This document shows, one piece after another, positions 19,267 through 31,109 of a stretch of DNA of 64,000 bases. The position numbers and the translations under genes are program-made. This stretch comes from Verrucomicrobiia bacterium. Lineage in GTDB: Bacteria; Desulfobacterota; Binatia; UBA9968. The notes beneath the pieces are model-generated. The model had not been told where the DNA came from. It made no database searches and saw only the letters and a list, made by a program, of their open reading frames with translations. The stretch spans positions 9,573-73,572 of the forward strand of contig DATJFG010000050.1 of assembly GCA_035495775.1 (NCBI GenBank). The letters run 5' to 3'. Every line of letters starts with the position of its first letter. Within the stretch, counting starts at the first letter, position 1.

Positions 19267-19970
19267 ATGAGATGGGGAGTCATTGTTTTCCCCGGCTCCT
19301 GCGACGACCACGACGTCTACGATTGCTTGAAGCGCGTGCTCAAGCAAAAAGTCGAGTTCCTGTGGCACAAGGACCGGCTTCCGGCGAATACCGACGCCGT
19401 CGTGCTCCCCGGGGGTTTCTCGTACGGCGATTACCTCCGCTGCGGCGCGATGGGACGCTTCTCGCCGATCATGCACGATATCGTCGAGTTCGCGGGACAG
19501 GGCGGCCTCGTCCTCGGGATATGCAACGGCTTTCAAATCCTTTGCGAATCGGGACTGTTGCCCGGCGCGCTGGTCAGAAACGCCTCGCTCCAGTTCGTCT
19601 GTAAGCCGGTTTATCTGCGCGTCGAAGAAACCGATACACCCTTTACCTCATCGGCGAAGAAGGGACAGCTTCTGAGAATGCCGGTGAAGCACGGCGAAGG
19701 GTGCTACTATGCCGATCCCGCCACGCTCGAGCGGCTGAAGGAAAACCGCCAGATCCTGCTTCGCTACGTCGATTCCAAAGGCCGCCCGACGCCGGCCGCG
19801 AACCCCAACGGCTCGCTCGATAACATCGCCGGTATCTGCAACGAAGGCCGAAACGTCTTCGGCCTGATGCCTCATCCCGAAGACGCCAGCGAAAAAATCC
19901 TCGGCAGCGAAGACGGGCTCAAGATATTCTCTTCGATGACTGCGGCGTCCGGCAAGCAGGAGAAAAAGGT

Positions 19971-19983
<13 letters not shown>
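19267..19983 (+). CDS. purQ: Phosphoribosylformylglycinamidine synthase glutaminase subunit PurQ
   Basis: GATase1 with GICNGFQ nucleophile elbow. ATG at 19267 ([11 protein letters not shown]). The track start 19261 is TTG two codons upstream. Confidence 0.9.
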
Positions 19984-22214
<2,231 letters not shown>

Positions 22215-22229
22215 AGCTTAAGTAAAGCG

Positions 22230-23651
22230 ATGTTCGATAAGTTCAAAGAAGAATGCGCGGTCATGGGCGTCTACGGTCACCCCGAGGCGGCCAACCTCGT
22301 TTATCTGGGTCTGTACGCGCTGCAGCATCGAGGCCAGGAGTCTTCGGGAATCGTCTCCTCCGACGGCAAGATTTTGATCTCGCACCGGCAGATGGGGCTC
22401 GTCGCCGATATCTTCAAGGAAGACGTCATCAAGCGGCTCGAAGGTTCGAGCGCGATCGGCCACAACCGCTATTCGACGACGGGCCACAGCCACTTGAGAA
22501 ACGCGCAGCCTTTCGTTGTGGAGTATTCGCAGGGGCCGATCGCCATCTCGCATAACGGCAATCTCGTCAACGCGCAGGTTCTGCGCGCCGAGCTCGAGGA
22601 GTCGGGTTCGATCTTTCAATCGACCTCGGACACCGAGGTGATCATTCATCTGATCGCCACCTCCAAAGAGCCGAGTCTCATGGGGCGCGTCGTCGAGGCG
22701 CTCTCGCGCGTGCGCGGCGCTTACTCGCTGCTGTTTCTCACGCCCGACCGGATGATCGCCGCGCGCGATCCGAGCGGCTTTCGCCCGCTGGTCTTGGGGC
22801 GGCTCCGCGCGCGCCGCAGCGGCTACGTCGTCGCTTCGGAGACCTGCGCCCTCGATCTCATTGAGGCGGAGTATTTACGCGAAGTCGAGCCGGGGGAAAT
22901 CATCACCTTCGGACCTCGAGGCATGGAGTCCCTGAAGCCCTTCCCGCCGGCGCCGCACGCCAAGTGTATCTTCGAGTACATTTATTTTTCGCGCCCGGAC
23001 AGCAATCTCTTCGGGCACAACGTCTACCAGGTGCGAAAAGAGCTCGGGCGTCAGCTCGCGCGCGAGAATCCCGTGGACGCGGACCTCGTTACGCCGGTGC
23101 CGGACTCCGGCGTCCCCGCGGCGATTGGCTATGCCGAACAGTCAGGCATCCCGCTCGAATTCGGCCTTATCCGCAATCACTACGTCGGCCGCACTTTCAT
23201 CGAGCCGCAGCAGTCGATTCGCCACTTCGGCGTCAAGATCAAGCTCAACGCCCAGCGCGAAGTGCTGGAAGGAAAGCGCGTCGTCGTGGTCGACGACTCG
23301 ATCGTGCGCGGCACGACGAGCCGAAAGATCATCCGCATGCTGCGCGACGCCGGCGCCAAGGAAGTCCATATGCGGATCAGCTCGCCGCCCACGATCAGCC
23401 CGTGCTACTACGGCATCGACACGCCGACGCGCACCGAGCTCATCGCATCCAACAATTCGGTCGAGGATATCCGCCGCTTCATCGAGGCCGACAGCCTCGG
23501 CTACCTGACTCAGGAGGGGCTATACGCCTTTTTGAACGGGGAAAAGCACGGCTTTTGCGACGCCTGCTTCACCGGCGATTACCCGGTCCACTTCGACGAC
23601 GAAGGCCATACCCGCCAATTGCATCTCTTCGACGCGCTGCAGCAGAGATAG
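22230..23651 (+). CDS. purF: Amidophosphoribosyltransferase
   Basis: 473 aa. Short N-terminal propeptide (MFDKFKEE) before catalytic Cys (CAVMGV). PRTase motif [14 protein letters not shown]-terminal Cys cluster for the 4Fe-4S site. Confidence 0.95.
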   Translation: MFDKFKEECAVMGVYGHPEAANLVYLGLYALQHRGQESSGIVSSDGKILISHRQMGLVADIFKEDVIKRLEGSSAIGHNRYSTTGHSHLRNAQPFVVEYSQGPIAISHNGNLVNAQVLRAELEESGSIFQSTSDTEVIIHLIATSKEPSLMGRVVEALSRVRGAYSLLFLTPDRMIAARDPSGFRPLVLGRLRARRSGYVVASETCALDLIEAEYLREVEPGEIITFGPRGMESLKPFPPAPHAKCIFEYIYFSRPDSNLFGHNVYQVRKELGRQLARENPVDADLVTPVPDSGVPAAIGYAEQSGIPLEFGLIRNHYVGRTFIEPQQSIRHFGVKIKLNAQREVLEGKRVVVVDDSIVRGTTSRKIIRMLRDAGAKEVHMRISSPPTISPCYYGIDTPTRTELIASNNSVEDIRRFIEADSLGYLTQEGLYAFLNGEKHGFCDACFTGDYPVHFDDEGHTRQLHLFDALQQR

Positions 23652-23814
23652 GCCGTTTGCGGCAGTCTTTGCGAGCGAACGCGGCGATCTGCTTTCTACC
23701 GAAAACGATTAACCCCAGACGAGGATAAGAACTTCCAAACGGATTTGCCGGAGGGGACAAGTCAAACCGCCTCGGCGGCGGTGTTGTCACTGGAGCCATT
23801 TAAAGGACGAGTTA

Positions 23815-23845
23815 GGCCAGGGCAAAATATCCTTCTACCCTGGCC
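23815..23845. terminator. Stem-loop GGCCAGGG-(15 nt)-CCCTGGCC downstream of both convergent genes (purF and SWIB gene)
   Basis: Perfect 8-bp GC-rich stem read from the sequence. No strong U-tract on either side, so terminator function is tentative. Confidence 0.3.
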
Positions 23846-23874
23846 ACTCGCGAAATTGTGAGGAAAGAAAACCG

Positions 23875-24135
23875 CTACTTCAGATGACGATTGACCAGCT
23901 TGGTCATCTCGAACATCGTGACCTTTTTCTTGCCGCCGAAGACAGCTTTGAGATTGTCATCGGCGTTGATCATCGTCCGCTTGGTCTTGTCCTGGAGCCC
24001 CTTGCGCTTGATGTAAGCCCAAAGTTTCTTGGTCACCTCGGTGCGCGGCAAAGCCTTGCTTCCCACCACCTCCGCCAAAGCCGCGGACGGCTGCATCGGC
24101 TTCATGAATGCAGCATTCGGTTTGCGTTTCGCCAT
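23875..24135 (-). CDS. SWIB/MDM2-domain protein
   Basis: 86 aa with SWIB-domain pattern (KKLWAYIKRKGLQD...NADDNLKAVFG...MFEMTKLVNRHL). Confidence 0.65.
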   Translation of the reverse strand: MAKRKPNAAFMKPMQPSAALAEVVGSKALPRTEVTKKLWAYIKRKGLQDKTKRTMINADDNLKAVFGGKKKVTMFEMTKLVNRHLK

Positions 24136-24195
24136 TTGCTCCTCCTTGGAGTTAAGGGTTTTACTGCCTGAGCTTATAGCAAAGCCCGGTTTTTT

Positions 24196-25935
24196 TTACC
24201 AGCTTTTTTTTGACGTTTTTCGCAGGGCGCGCGTCGCTTGTTCATCGACGCGCCAGCCGGCTTCTCTCGCCTCGACGGCGACGCCGTAAACGTCATGGGC
24301 GGCTTCCGCCGAGACGTAGCCCTGGCGAACGTCCTCGAGGACTCTTTCCGGCGGGCGGGCGAGCGGCTCTCCCAGGCCGCCGCCGCCGGGCCGCTCAAGC
24401 CTGAGGAGATCTCCGCGGTGGAGAATATAGTCGCCGAAACGGGACGGCAGCCGCTTCTCACCCGGTGATCCTCCGCTGACGATGCAGGCGCCGGGTCGTC
24501 CGTCCTTTCCTCCATCGACACCGACCGCCGCGATGTCGTGTTTGTCGGTGCGGAGCGAGAAGCGCACCTCCTCCGCGAGGATCCTGCATTCCCTCACAAA
24601 TCCGAGCCCGCCGCGAAACTCGCCCGGCCCTCCCGAATCGCGTAGGAGCTCGAAGCGCTCGACCCGCGCCGGAAATTCCGATTCGATGATTTCGACCGGG
24701 GCGGTTCTGCAGTTGCTCAAGTGGAACGCCATCGCCGAAATTCCGTCCTTGCAGGACCTCGCGCCGGTGCCGCCGCTGAAGATCTCATAGTGGACGTAGC
24801 CGCGCTCGGCGCTGCGGCCACCGAGGACCATCGCCGCGCTGCCCGACGAGCCGGCGACGGTTTTTCGCGGCGCGAAGCGCGCCAGCGCCCGAAACAGCGC
24901 CTCTACGACCGCGAGCGCCGTCGGCATGTAGGTGTTGACCGCGCCGGGGAAGCGCGGGTCGAGGACGCTGCCCTCGCGAAAGTTAGTCGTGATGGATGCG
25001 GCGATTCCCTGGTTTATCGGCAAATAGGGATCAACCAGCGAAACGATCGCGTAGGCGCAGCAGGCCCGCACCAGCGGCGGACGAATGTTCGCCGGACCGC
25101 GCGTCTGATCGGTCGATCGGGAGAAATCAAAATGGATGTGCTGCACCATTTTTTCGACTCTCACGTGAATGCGAATGGGCTTGTCGAGTTCGATGCCGTC
25201 GTGATCGACAAAGCTTTCTCCTTCCGCCGATCCGTCGGGCCACGAGGCGAGCGCCTGTTTGACGCGCGCCTCGGTGTACGTGGAGAGTTCCGCCGTCGCA
25301 TCTAGAATCGTCTCTTTGCCGTAGCGCTCCATGAGCTCCACGAGACGCTTTTCGCCGACGCGGCAGGCTCCGACCTGGCCGCGGATATCGCCGATGACGA
25401 GGGCGGGCGTGCGGCTGTTCGCCGTGATCACGGCGGCGATCTCTTCCACGTTTTTATAACGCTCGGCGAATCTGACCGGCGGTAAATGAAGTCCCTCCTG
25501 GAAGATTTCGCGCGCCTGGCCCGAACCGCTGCCCGGCACCGTGCCGCCGATGTCGCTCTTGTGTGCCATATTGGCGGCGAAGCCGACCCATTCGCTCTCG
25601 TAAAAAATCGGCGTCAGCACCGCCATGTCCGGCGCGTGCGGGCTCCCGCCCAGATAGGGATGGTTCGTGATAAAGGCGTCGCCTTCGTGAATCTCAGATT
25701 GTTTATAATGCTTGAGAACGCCTTCGGCGCACGCAGGAAAAGCGCCCATGTGAAGCGGCAGCACGACGTGCTGGGCCACGACTTCGCCCTTGATATTCAA
25801 GATCGCGCAGCTCGCGTCCTGCGATTCACGGATGATCGTGGAGAAGCCGGTGCGAAAGAGGGAATTCTGCATCTCCTGCACGATGCCGGCGAGGCGCGCC
25901 TGAATGACTTGCAGCGTGATCGGGTCGACGGTCAT
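24196..25935 (-). CDS. Hydantoinase B/oxoprolinase family protein (HyuB-like), paralog 1
   Basis: 579 aa with HyuB/5-oxoprolinase B subunit family similarity. First ~131 aa nearly identical to paralog 2. Confidence 0.85.
   Translation of the reverse strand: MTVDPITLQVIQARLAGIVQEMQNSLFRTGFSTIIRESQDASCAILNIKGEVVAQHVVLPLHMGAFPACAEGVLKHYKQSEIHEGDAFITNHPYLGGSPHAPDMAVLTPIFYESEWVGFAANMAHKSDIGGTVPGSGSGQAREIFQEGLHLPPVRFAERYKNVEEIAAVITANSRTPALVIGDIRGQVGACRVGEKRLVELMERYGKETILDATAELSTYTEARVKQALASWPDGSAEGESFVDHDGIELDKPIRIHVRVEKMVQHIHFDFSRSTDQTRGPANIRPPLVRACCAYAIVSLVDPYLPINQGIAASITTNFREGSVLDPRFPGAVNTYMPTALAVVEALFRALARFAPRKTVAGSSGSAAMVLGGRSAERGYVHYEIFSGGTGARSCKDGISAMAFHLSNCRTAPVEIIESEFPARVERFELLRDSGGPGEFRGGLGFVRECRILAEEVRFSLRTDKHDIAAVGVDGGKDGRPGACIVSGGSPGEKRLPSRFGDYILHRGDLLRLERPGGGGLGEPLARPPERVLEDVRQGYVSAEAAHDVYGVAVEAREAGWRVDEQATRALRKTSKKSW
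25540..25935. repeat. About 395-bp segment near-identical to 28160-28554 (5' ends of the two hyuB paralogs)
   Basis: By-eye alignment of both segments shows only scattered mismatches. Beyond the segment the genes diverge to roughly half amino-acid identity. Confidence 0.85.
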
Positions 25936-25942
25936 ACCGAAG

Positions 25943-26836
25943 CTAAGCTACTTCGAGTTTCTCGAAGTAGCGCCTGTCGATGTACCGCCGCGCCGGCGGC
26001 AGCGGCAGAGGCAGCCGTTTGCTGTCGGCTAATAATTCGAGGACGGCAACGACGCCGCGCTCCGTCGGCTCGAAACTCGGCGGAGACGGCGGATCCAAAT
26101 AAAGCTCGTAGGTCTTCTCCGCCAGCTCCGGCGCCGTGCCTATAACGCCGCTTAGGATCTCTACGGCTCGGGCGCGATTCGCCGCGTCGGCGATCCAGCG
26201 CCAGGATTCGATCAGGGCCTTGAGGAATTTGACGAAACGCTCGTCGACGTCGGCGCTCTTTCGCACCACCGCGACGGTGAAGGGGTAGGCGGGCACGCTT
26301 TCAACCGACGAGCCGATAAAAGTGAACCCCTCGTTTTCGAGGAGAAAGTGAAACGGCTCGGTGACCATCGTCGCGCTAATTGCGCCGCTGCGGAGCTTGT
26401 CGCAGCGGTCGAGCGGCGGCCCCGCCGAAACGAGCTCATAGCCGTCGTCTTTCAATCCGTAGGCGCGCAGCATCTTTCTCAAGATCAGCGACTCCGCCGA
26501 GCGCGCGTCGTTCACGCCGATCTTTTTACCTTCCAGCTGGCCGGCGGCTTGAATCTCTGCGGCGGCCATCAAGCGGTATTGAGGGCGCTCGTTGGTATTG
26601 GCAATTACGACGAGCGGTGCTCCCTTGACGGCTTCGAGCAGCGCAACGTCGGGAATGACGTTGATGATATCGAGCGAGCCGTCGATCAGGTGGGCGACGG
26701 GATCGGGTGGCTTAGTGAAAACGTTTCGCTCTATGGCGAGATCGTGCACCGCGAAAAGAGACGTAGCCTCGGCCGCGAAGAACGGCCAGTTCATCGCGCT
26801 GAACTGCACTTGACCGTAGCGAAGCCGGTCCGGCAT
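25943..26836 (-). CDS. Cytoplasmic NMT1/THI5-like (SsuA-fold) protein without signal peptide, embedded in the hydantoinase operon
   Basis: 297 aa with periplasmic-binding-protein type 2 fold resembling NMT1/SsuA, but no signal peptide. Start codon overlaps hyuB2 stop (ATGA at 26836). Confidence 0.6.
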   Translation of the reverse strand: MPDRLRYGQVQFSAMNWPFFAAEATSLFAVHDLAIERNVFTKPPDPVAHLIDGSLDIINVIPDVALLEAVKGAPLVVIANTNERPQYRLMAAAEIQAAGQLEGKKIGVNDARSAESLILRKMLRAYGLKDDGYELVSAGPPLDRCDKLRSGAISATMVTEPFHFLLENEGFTFIGSSVESVPAYPFTVAVVRKSADVDERFVKFLKALIESWRWIADAANRARAVEILSGVIGTAPELAEKTYELYLDPPSPPSFEPTERGVVAVLELLADSKRLPLPLPPARRYIDRRYFEKLEVA

Positions 26837-28554
26837 TATCCCGTCCGTTCGCTTTTTTCGATGGTGAAGTCGCCGTCGACGGCGCGAATCGCGACGCCGT
26901 AGAGCTCGCGCGCTTTATCGATCGATACATACCCGTTGCGCACGTCGCTCAACACGCGCTCGGGGTCGCGCTCATGCGGATTGCCGAGGCCGCCGCCGCC
27001 GGGCGTTTCCAGCCGCACGACGTCGCCGGGGCGAAGCAGGTGATCGGAATATCGCGAGGGTATGACCCTCGCCTTGTCCGTGCCCGGATCGAGCGTGCAC
27101 TTGCCCGTTCTCCCCGGTAAGCCGTCTTCCAGGCCTTTCGGCGCGATGGTGTGCTTGGTCGAGCGCAGCGCCATGCGCGCCTCCTGGTCGAGCATCTCGT
27201 ATTCGCGAACAAATCCCAGCCCGCCACGGAATTTTCCCGCGCCGCCGGAGTCGGGGACGAGCTCGAAGCTGCGGATGCGCGTGGAGAATTCCGATTCGAT
27301 GATCTCGACCGGCGCGATGCGCGCGTTCGACTGATTCACATTGGTGCCCGAGACGCCGTCCTTGCCGCTGCGCCCGCCCGAGCCGCCGCCGAAGATCTCG
27401 TATTGCACGTAGCTGCGCCCGGTCTTGTTGCTGCGCCCGCCGATGATAATCGACCGGCTGCTGCAGCCGTCGGCGACTTTTTTATGCGGCGCGAGTTGGC
27501 TCAGCGCCTCGAAGAGCGATTCGACGAGCGCGTGTACCGTGGGATTGTACGTGTTGACCGGCGCGGGGAAGCGCGGATTGACGACGCTGCCCTCGCGCGT
27601 CTCGATCTCGATGACGCGCGCCATGCCGTGGTTGATCGCGAGCGCCGGGTCGGTGAGCGCTGTGAGGCAGTAACCGCAGGCGGCGCGGACGACCGTGGGG
27701 CGGATGTTCGCCGGCCCTTTGGTCTGCGCCGCCGAGCCGGTGAAATCGAAGCGCAGCCGGTCGCCGCGCTTGTCGACGCGAACGTGGATGCGCACGGGCT
27801 TGTCGAGATCGATACCGTCGCTGTCGACGAACCGCTCGCTTTCCGCTTTGCCGTCGGGCCATGAGGCGATCTCGCGCCGCACGCGCGCCTCGGTCAGCGC
27901 GAATAGCGCCTCGTACGAATCGAGCACGGCGTCCCGGCCGTAGCGCTCCATCAATTCCTGAAAGCGCCGCTCACCCAATCGATCGGCGCCGGCCTGCCCG
28001 CGCAGATCGCCGATCACGAGTTCGGGCGTCCGGCTGTTCGCGCCCAGGATCTCCTCGATGTCGCGGCTCGTCTCATAGCGAGAGATGTATTTAATCGGCG
28101 GCAGATGGAGCCCCTCCTGGAAAATCTCCCGCGCTTGGCTCCAGCAGCTGCCAGGCACTGGCCCACCGATGTCACTCTTGTGCGCCATATTGGCGGCGAA
28201 GCCGACCCATTCGCTCTCGTAAAAAATCGGCGTCAACACCGCCATGTCCGGCGCGTGCGGACTCCCGCCCAAATAGGGATGGTTGGTGATGAAGGCGTCG
28301 CCTTCATGAATCTCCGATGGCTGGTAATGTCTAAGCACGCCTTCGGCGCAGGCGGGAAAGGCGCCCATATGGAGGGGCAGCACGACGTGCTGCGCGACGA
28401 CCTCGCCCTTGAGATTCAAGATCGCGCAGCTCGCGTCTTGCGATTCGCGGATGATTGTGGAGAAGCCGGTGCGAAAAAGGGAATTCTGCATCTCCTGCAC
28501 GATGCCGGCCAAGCGCGCCTGAATGACTTGCAGCGTGATCGGATCGACGGTCAT
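26836..28554 (-). CDS. Hydantoinase B/oxoprolinase family protein (HyuB-like), paralog 2
   Basis: 572 aa. HyuB family. Start overlaps the hyuA stop by 4 bp. Confidence 0.85.
   Translation of the reverse strand: MTVDPITLQVIQARLAGIVQEMQNSLFRTGFSTIIRESQDASCAILNLKGEVVAQHVVLPLHMGAFPACAEGVLRHYQPSEIHEGDAFITNHPYLGGSPHAPDMAVLTPIFYESEWVGFAANMAHKSDIGGPVPGSCWSQAREIFQEGLHLPPIKYISRYETSRDIEEILGANSRTPELVIGDLRGQAGADRLGERRFQELMERYGRDAVLDSYEALFALTEARVRREIASWPDGKAESERFVDSDGIDLDKPVRIHVRVDKRGDRLRFDFTGSAAQTKGPANIRPTVVRAACGYCLTALTDPALAINHGMARVIEIETREGSVVNPRFPAPVNTYNPTVHALVESLFEALSQLAPHKKVADGCSSRSIIIGGRSNKTGRSYVQYEIFGGGSGGRSGKDGVSGTNVNQSNARIAPVEIIESEFSTRIRSFELVPDSGGAGKFRGGLGFVREYEMLDQEARMALRSTKHTIAPKGLEDGLPGRTGKCTLDPGTDKARVIPSRYSDHLLRPGDVVRLETPGGGGLGNPHERDPERVLSDVRNGYVSIDKARELYGVAIRAVDGDFTIEKSERTG
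28160..28554. repeat. Second copy of the ~395-bp near-identical hyuB 5' segment
   Basis: See 25540-25935. Confidence 0.85.
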
Positions 28555-30617
28555 TTCGTCCTCACCAGCAGATTTCTAAAGTCATCCACGGTCGCGTGCT
28601 GCTCGGGGTGAACGACGGTCGTCGTGTCGAGCTGCTCGACGATCGCCGGGCCGGAGATTTTATGCCCGGGCTCGAGCCGATCGCGGCGGTAAATCTCGCA
28701 GTCGATGAGCCCGTGCTCCTTGCCGAAGAAGACTTTTCGCTTACCCGTGCGCGCATCGTCGATTTTTCTGCCCGTCGGCTTTGCCGGCGAAATCTTCGCC
28801 TCCGGCACGAGGCCCAACGAGACGAGGCGGAGGCTCACGAGCTCGACCGGCTCGGACTCGGCTTTATGGCCGTGCGCCTGCTCGTGCTGCGCGTCGAAGC
28901 GCCGGCGCATGAGGTCCATATCTTCGCGCTTGAACGGCGGCAGCGGCGCCGGCACCGTGAGCTCGTATCCTTGTCCGGCATAGCGAAGATCGAGGAACGC
29001 GTTGAGAGCGATCTCCTTTTCCGCGAAGCCTTCGCCTTTGAGATCGTTTTTCGCCTGCTCGACCAGTTGCGAAAACAGGTCGTTTAGATCGTTGATATTC
29101 AATTCGTGCAGCGGCGCGAGCTTCGATCGCACGTAATCGTGCTTGACATCGGCGAGCAAGAGCCCCAACGCCGAAGTGACGCCGGGCGTCAGCGGCACCA
29201 GCAGCGTCGGAATGCCGAGATCGAGCGCGATCTTGCCCGCGTGCATCGGGCCGCCGCCGCCGAAGGCGATCAGCGTGAAGTCGCGGATGTCGTAGCCGCG
29301 CTGAGACGACACGGCCTTGATCGCTTCCTCCATCTTGACGTTGATGATTTTTAGAATTCCCTCGGCCGCCTCGAGGGCGCTGAGTTTCAGCGGGCTCGCG
29401 ATTTTTTCCTCAAGCACCTTTTCCGCCTTCGCGCGGTCGAGCTTCATCCGCCCGCCGAGAAAGGTATCGGGGTGGAGCACGCCTGCGACGAGGTTGGCGT
29501 CGGTGACGGTGATCTCTTCGCCGCCTTTGGCATAGCAGATGGGACCGGGATCGGCGCCGGCGCTGTCGGGGCCGACCTGCACGCCGCCGACCTGGTCGAT
29601 GCGCGCGATCGTGCCTCCGCCGGCGCTCACGGTATGTATGTCGAGCATCGGCAGGCTGATCGGCCGCTGGTTGATGCGCCCCTGTGTCGTGAGAGTGGGA
29701 TTGCCTTTATAGATAAGCGCCACGTCGCAGCTCGTGCCGCCCATGTCGAACGTGATGATGTTTTCGATGCCGGCGCGCTTGCTGATTCCGACCGATGCGA
29801 TGACGCCGCCCGCGGGGCCCGACAGCACGGTCGCGACCGGTTTCTTCGCCGCGCTTTGAAACGTCGCCACGCCGCCGTTGGACTGCATGATGTAGAGCCG
29901 CGGCGTCGCCACGCCCATATCGCGCAGGCTTTTCTCCAGGCGGCCGAGGTAGCGGCTCATCACCGGGGCGATATAGGCGTTGATTACCGTCGTGCTCAAG
30001 CGGTAGAACTCGCGGATCTGCGGCAGCACTTCGCACGAGAGCGAGAGCGTCGCTTCGGGAAATTCGCGTTCGACGATCTCCTTGATCCTGAGCTCGTGGC
30101 CGGGATTCAAAAAGGAAAAGAGAAAGCAGGCGGCGATCGACTCGACTTTTTTCTCTTTCAATTTGCGAACCGCTGCGCGCGATTTTTCGACGTCGATGGG
30201 TTTCAAGACTTCGCCGCGAAAGTCCACGCGCTCGGGAATCTCTTCCGTGAGATAAGGCGGCGCGAGCAGGCGCGGCTTCTCAAAAAAGAGATCGTACGTC
30301 GCGGGGCCGTAGCCGCGCGACTGCTCCATCACCTCGTAGATGCCGCGGAACCCCTCGGTCACCAGCAGCCCCGTGCGCGCGCCTTTTTCTTCCAACAATG
30401 CGTTCGTGCCGACGGTCGTGCCGTGGGAGAAGAAGGAAATGTCCTTCGCCGCCGCTCCCTGCGCGAGCAGCTCCTTGACGCCGTTCAATACCGCCTGGAA
30501 CGGCTCCTTCGGCGTGGAAGGAACCTTGGTGATCATAATCTCGCCGGTCTCTTCGTTAAAGAAAACGAAATCGGAGAATGTCCCGCCAGTGTCGACGGTG
30601 ACGCGATATTTCGCCAT
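28551..30617 (-). CDS. Hydantoinase A/oxoprolinase family protein (HyuA-like, ATP-dependent)
   Basis: About 688 aa from MAKYRVTVDTGGTFSDFV (Hydantoinase/oxoprolinase N-terminal plus Hydantoinase_A domains). The track ORF starts 6 codons upstream at 30635. Confidence 0.85.
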   Translation of the reverse strand: MAKYRVTVDTGGTFSDFVFFNEETGEIMITKVPSTPKEPFQAVLNGVKELLAQGAAAKDISFFSHGTTVGTNALLEEKGARTGLLVTEGFRGIYEVMEQSRGYGPATYDLFFEKPRLLAPPYLTEEIPERVDFRGEVLKPIDVEKSRAAVRKLKEKKVESIAACFLFSFLNPGHELRIKEIVEREFPEATLSLSCEVLPQIREFYRLSTTVINAYIAPVMSRYLGRLEKSLRDMGVATPRLYIMQSNGGVATFQSAAKKPVATVLSGPAGGVIASVGISKRAGIENIITFDMGGTSCDVALIYKGNPTLTTQGRINQRPISLPMLDIHTVSAGGGTIARIDQVGGVQVGPDSAGADPGPICYAKGGEEITVTDANLVAGVLHPDTFLGGRMKLDRAKAEKVLEEKIASPLKLSALEAAEGILKIINVKMEEAIKAVSSQRGYDIRDFTLIAFGGGGPMHAGKIALDLGIPTLLVPLTPGVTSALGLLLADVKHDYVRSKLAPLHELNINDLNDLFSQLVEQAKNDLKGEGFAEKEIALNAFLDLRYAGQGYELTVPAPLPPFKREDMDLMRRRFDAQHEQAHGHKAESEPVELVSLRLVSLGLVPEAKISPAKPTGRKIDDARTGKRKVFFGKEHGLIDCEIYRRDRLEPGHKISGPAIVEQLDTTTVVHPEQHATVDDFRNLLVRTK

Positions 30618-30710
30618 TGTCGATTGGCGTAACATTATTTTTCATAGGGTGCAACGAAGATTGGTGGACTTGACGGCCGGTTATCCAACGCGCAGACTGC
30701 GTGAATACGC

Positions 30711-31109
30711 ATGCTCATAGACGCGATCGTGTCAGTCATCATCCGAGCCGACAAGATCCTCCTTATCGAGCGCGGGACTAAGACGCCGTTCGCCGGCTGG
30801 TGGGGGCCGGTGAGCGGAAAAATCGAACCGAAAGAAAGTCCGGAGGATGCGGTTGCGCGCGAGTCGCTGGAGGAGGTGGGCCTAACAGTCCATCCGATCA
30901 GAAAAGTCTGGGAGAACGTGTCCTCCAGCGGTAGGTACCGCCTTCATTGGTGGCTCGCCGAATACGTCTCGGGCGACCTGGCGCTCGACGCCCGCGAGGC
31001 GAGCGATGCGCGCTGGCTGCGAGTCGAAGAGACGACTAGAATGAAAATCTTCGAAGGAGACCGCGAGTTTTATGAGAAAGTATTGCCGTTGTTGATTGAT
31101 GTAAAATGA
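30711..31109 (+). CDS. NUDIX hydrolase
   Basis: 132 aa with Nudix box GKIEPKESPEDAVARESLEEVGL. Confidence 0.8.
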   Translation: MLIDAIVSVIIRADKILLIERGTKTPFAGWWGPVSGKIEPKESPEDAVARESLEEVGLTVHPIRKVWENVSSSGRYRLHWWLAEYVSGDLALDAREASDARWLRVEETTRMKIFEGDREFYEKVLPLLIDVK

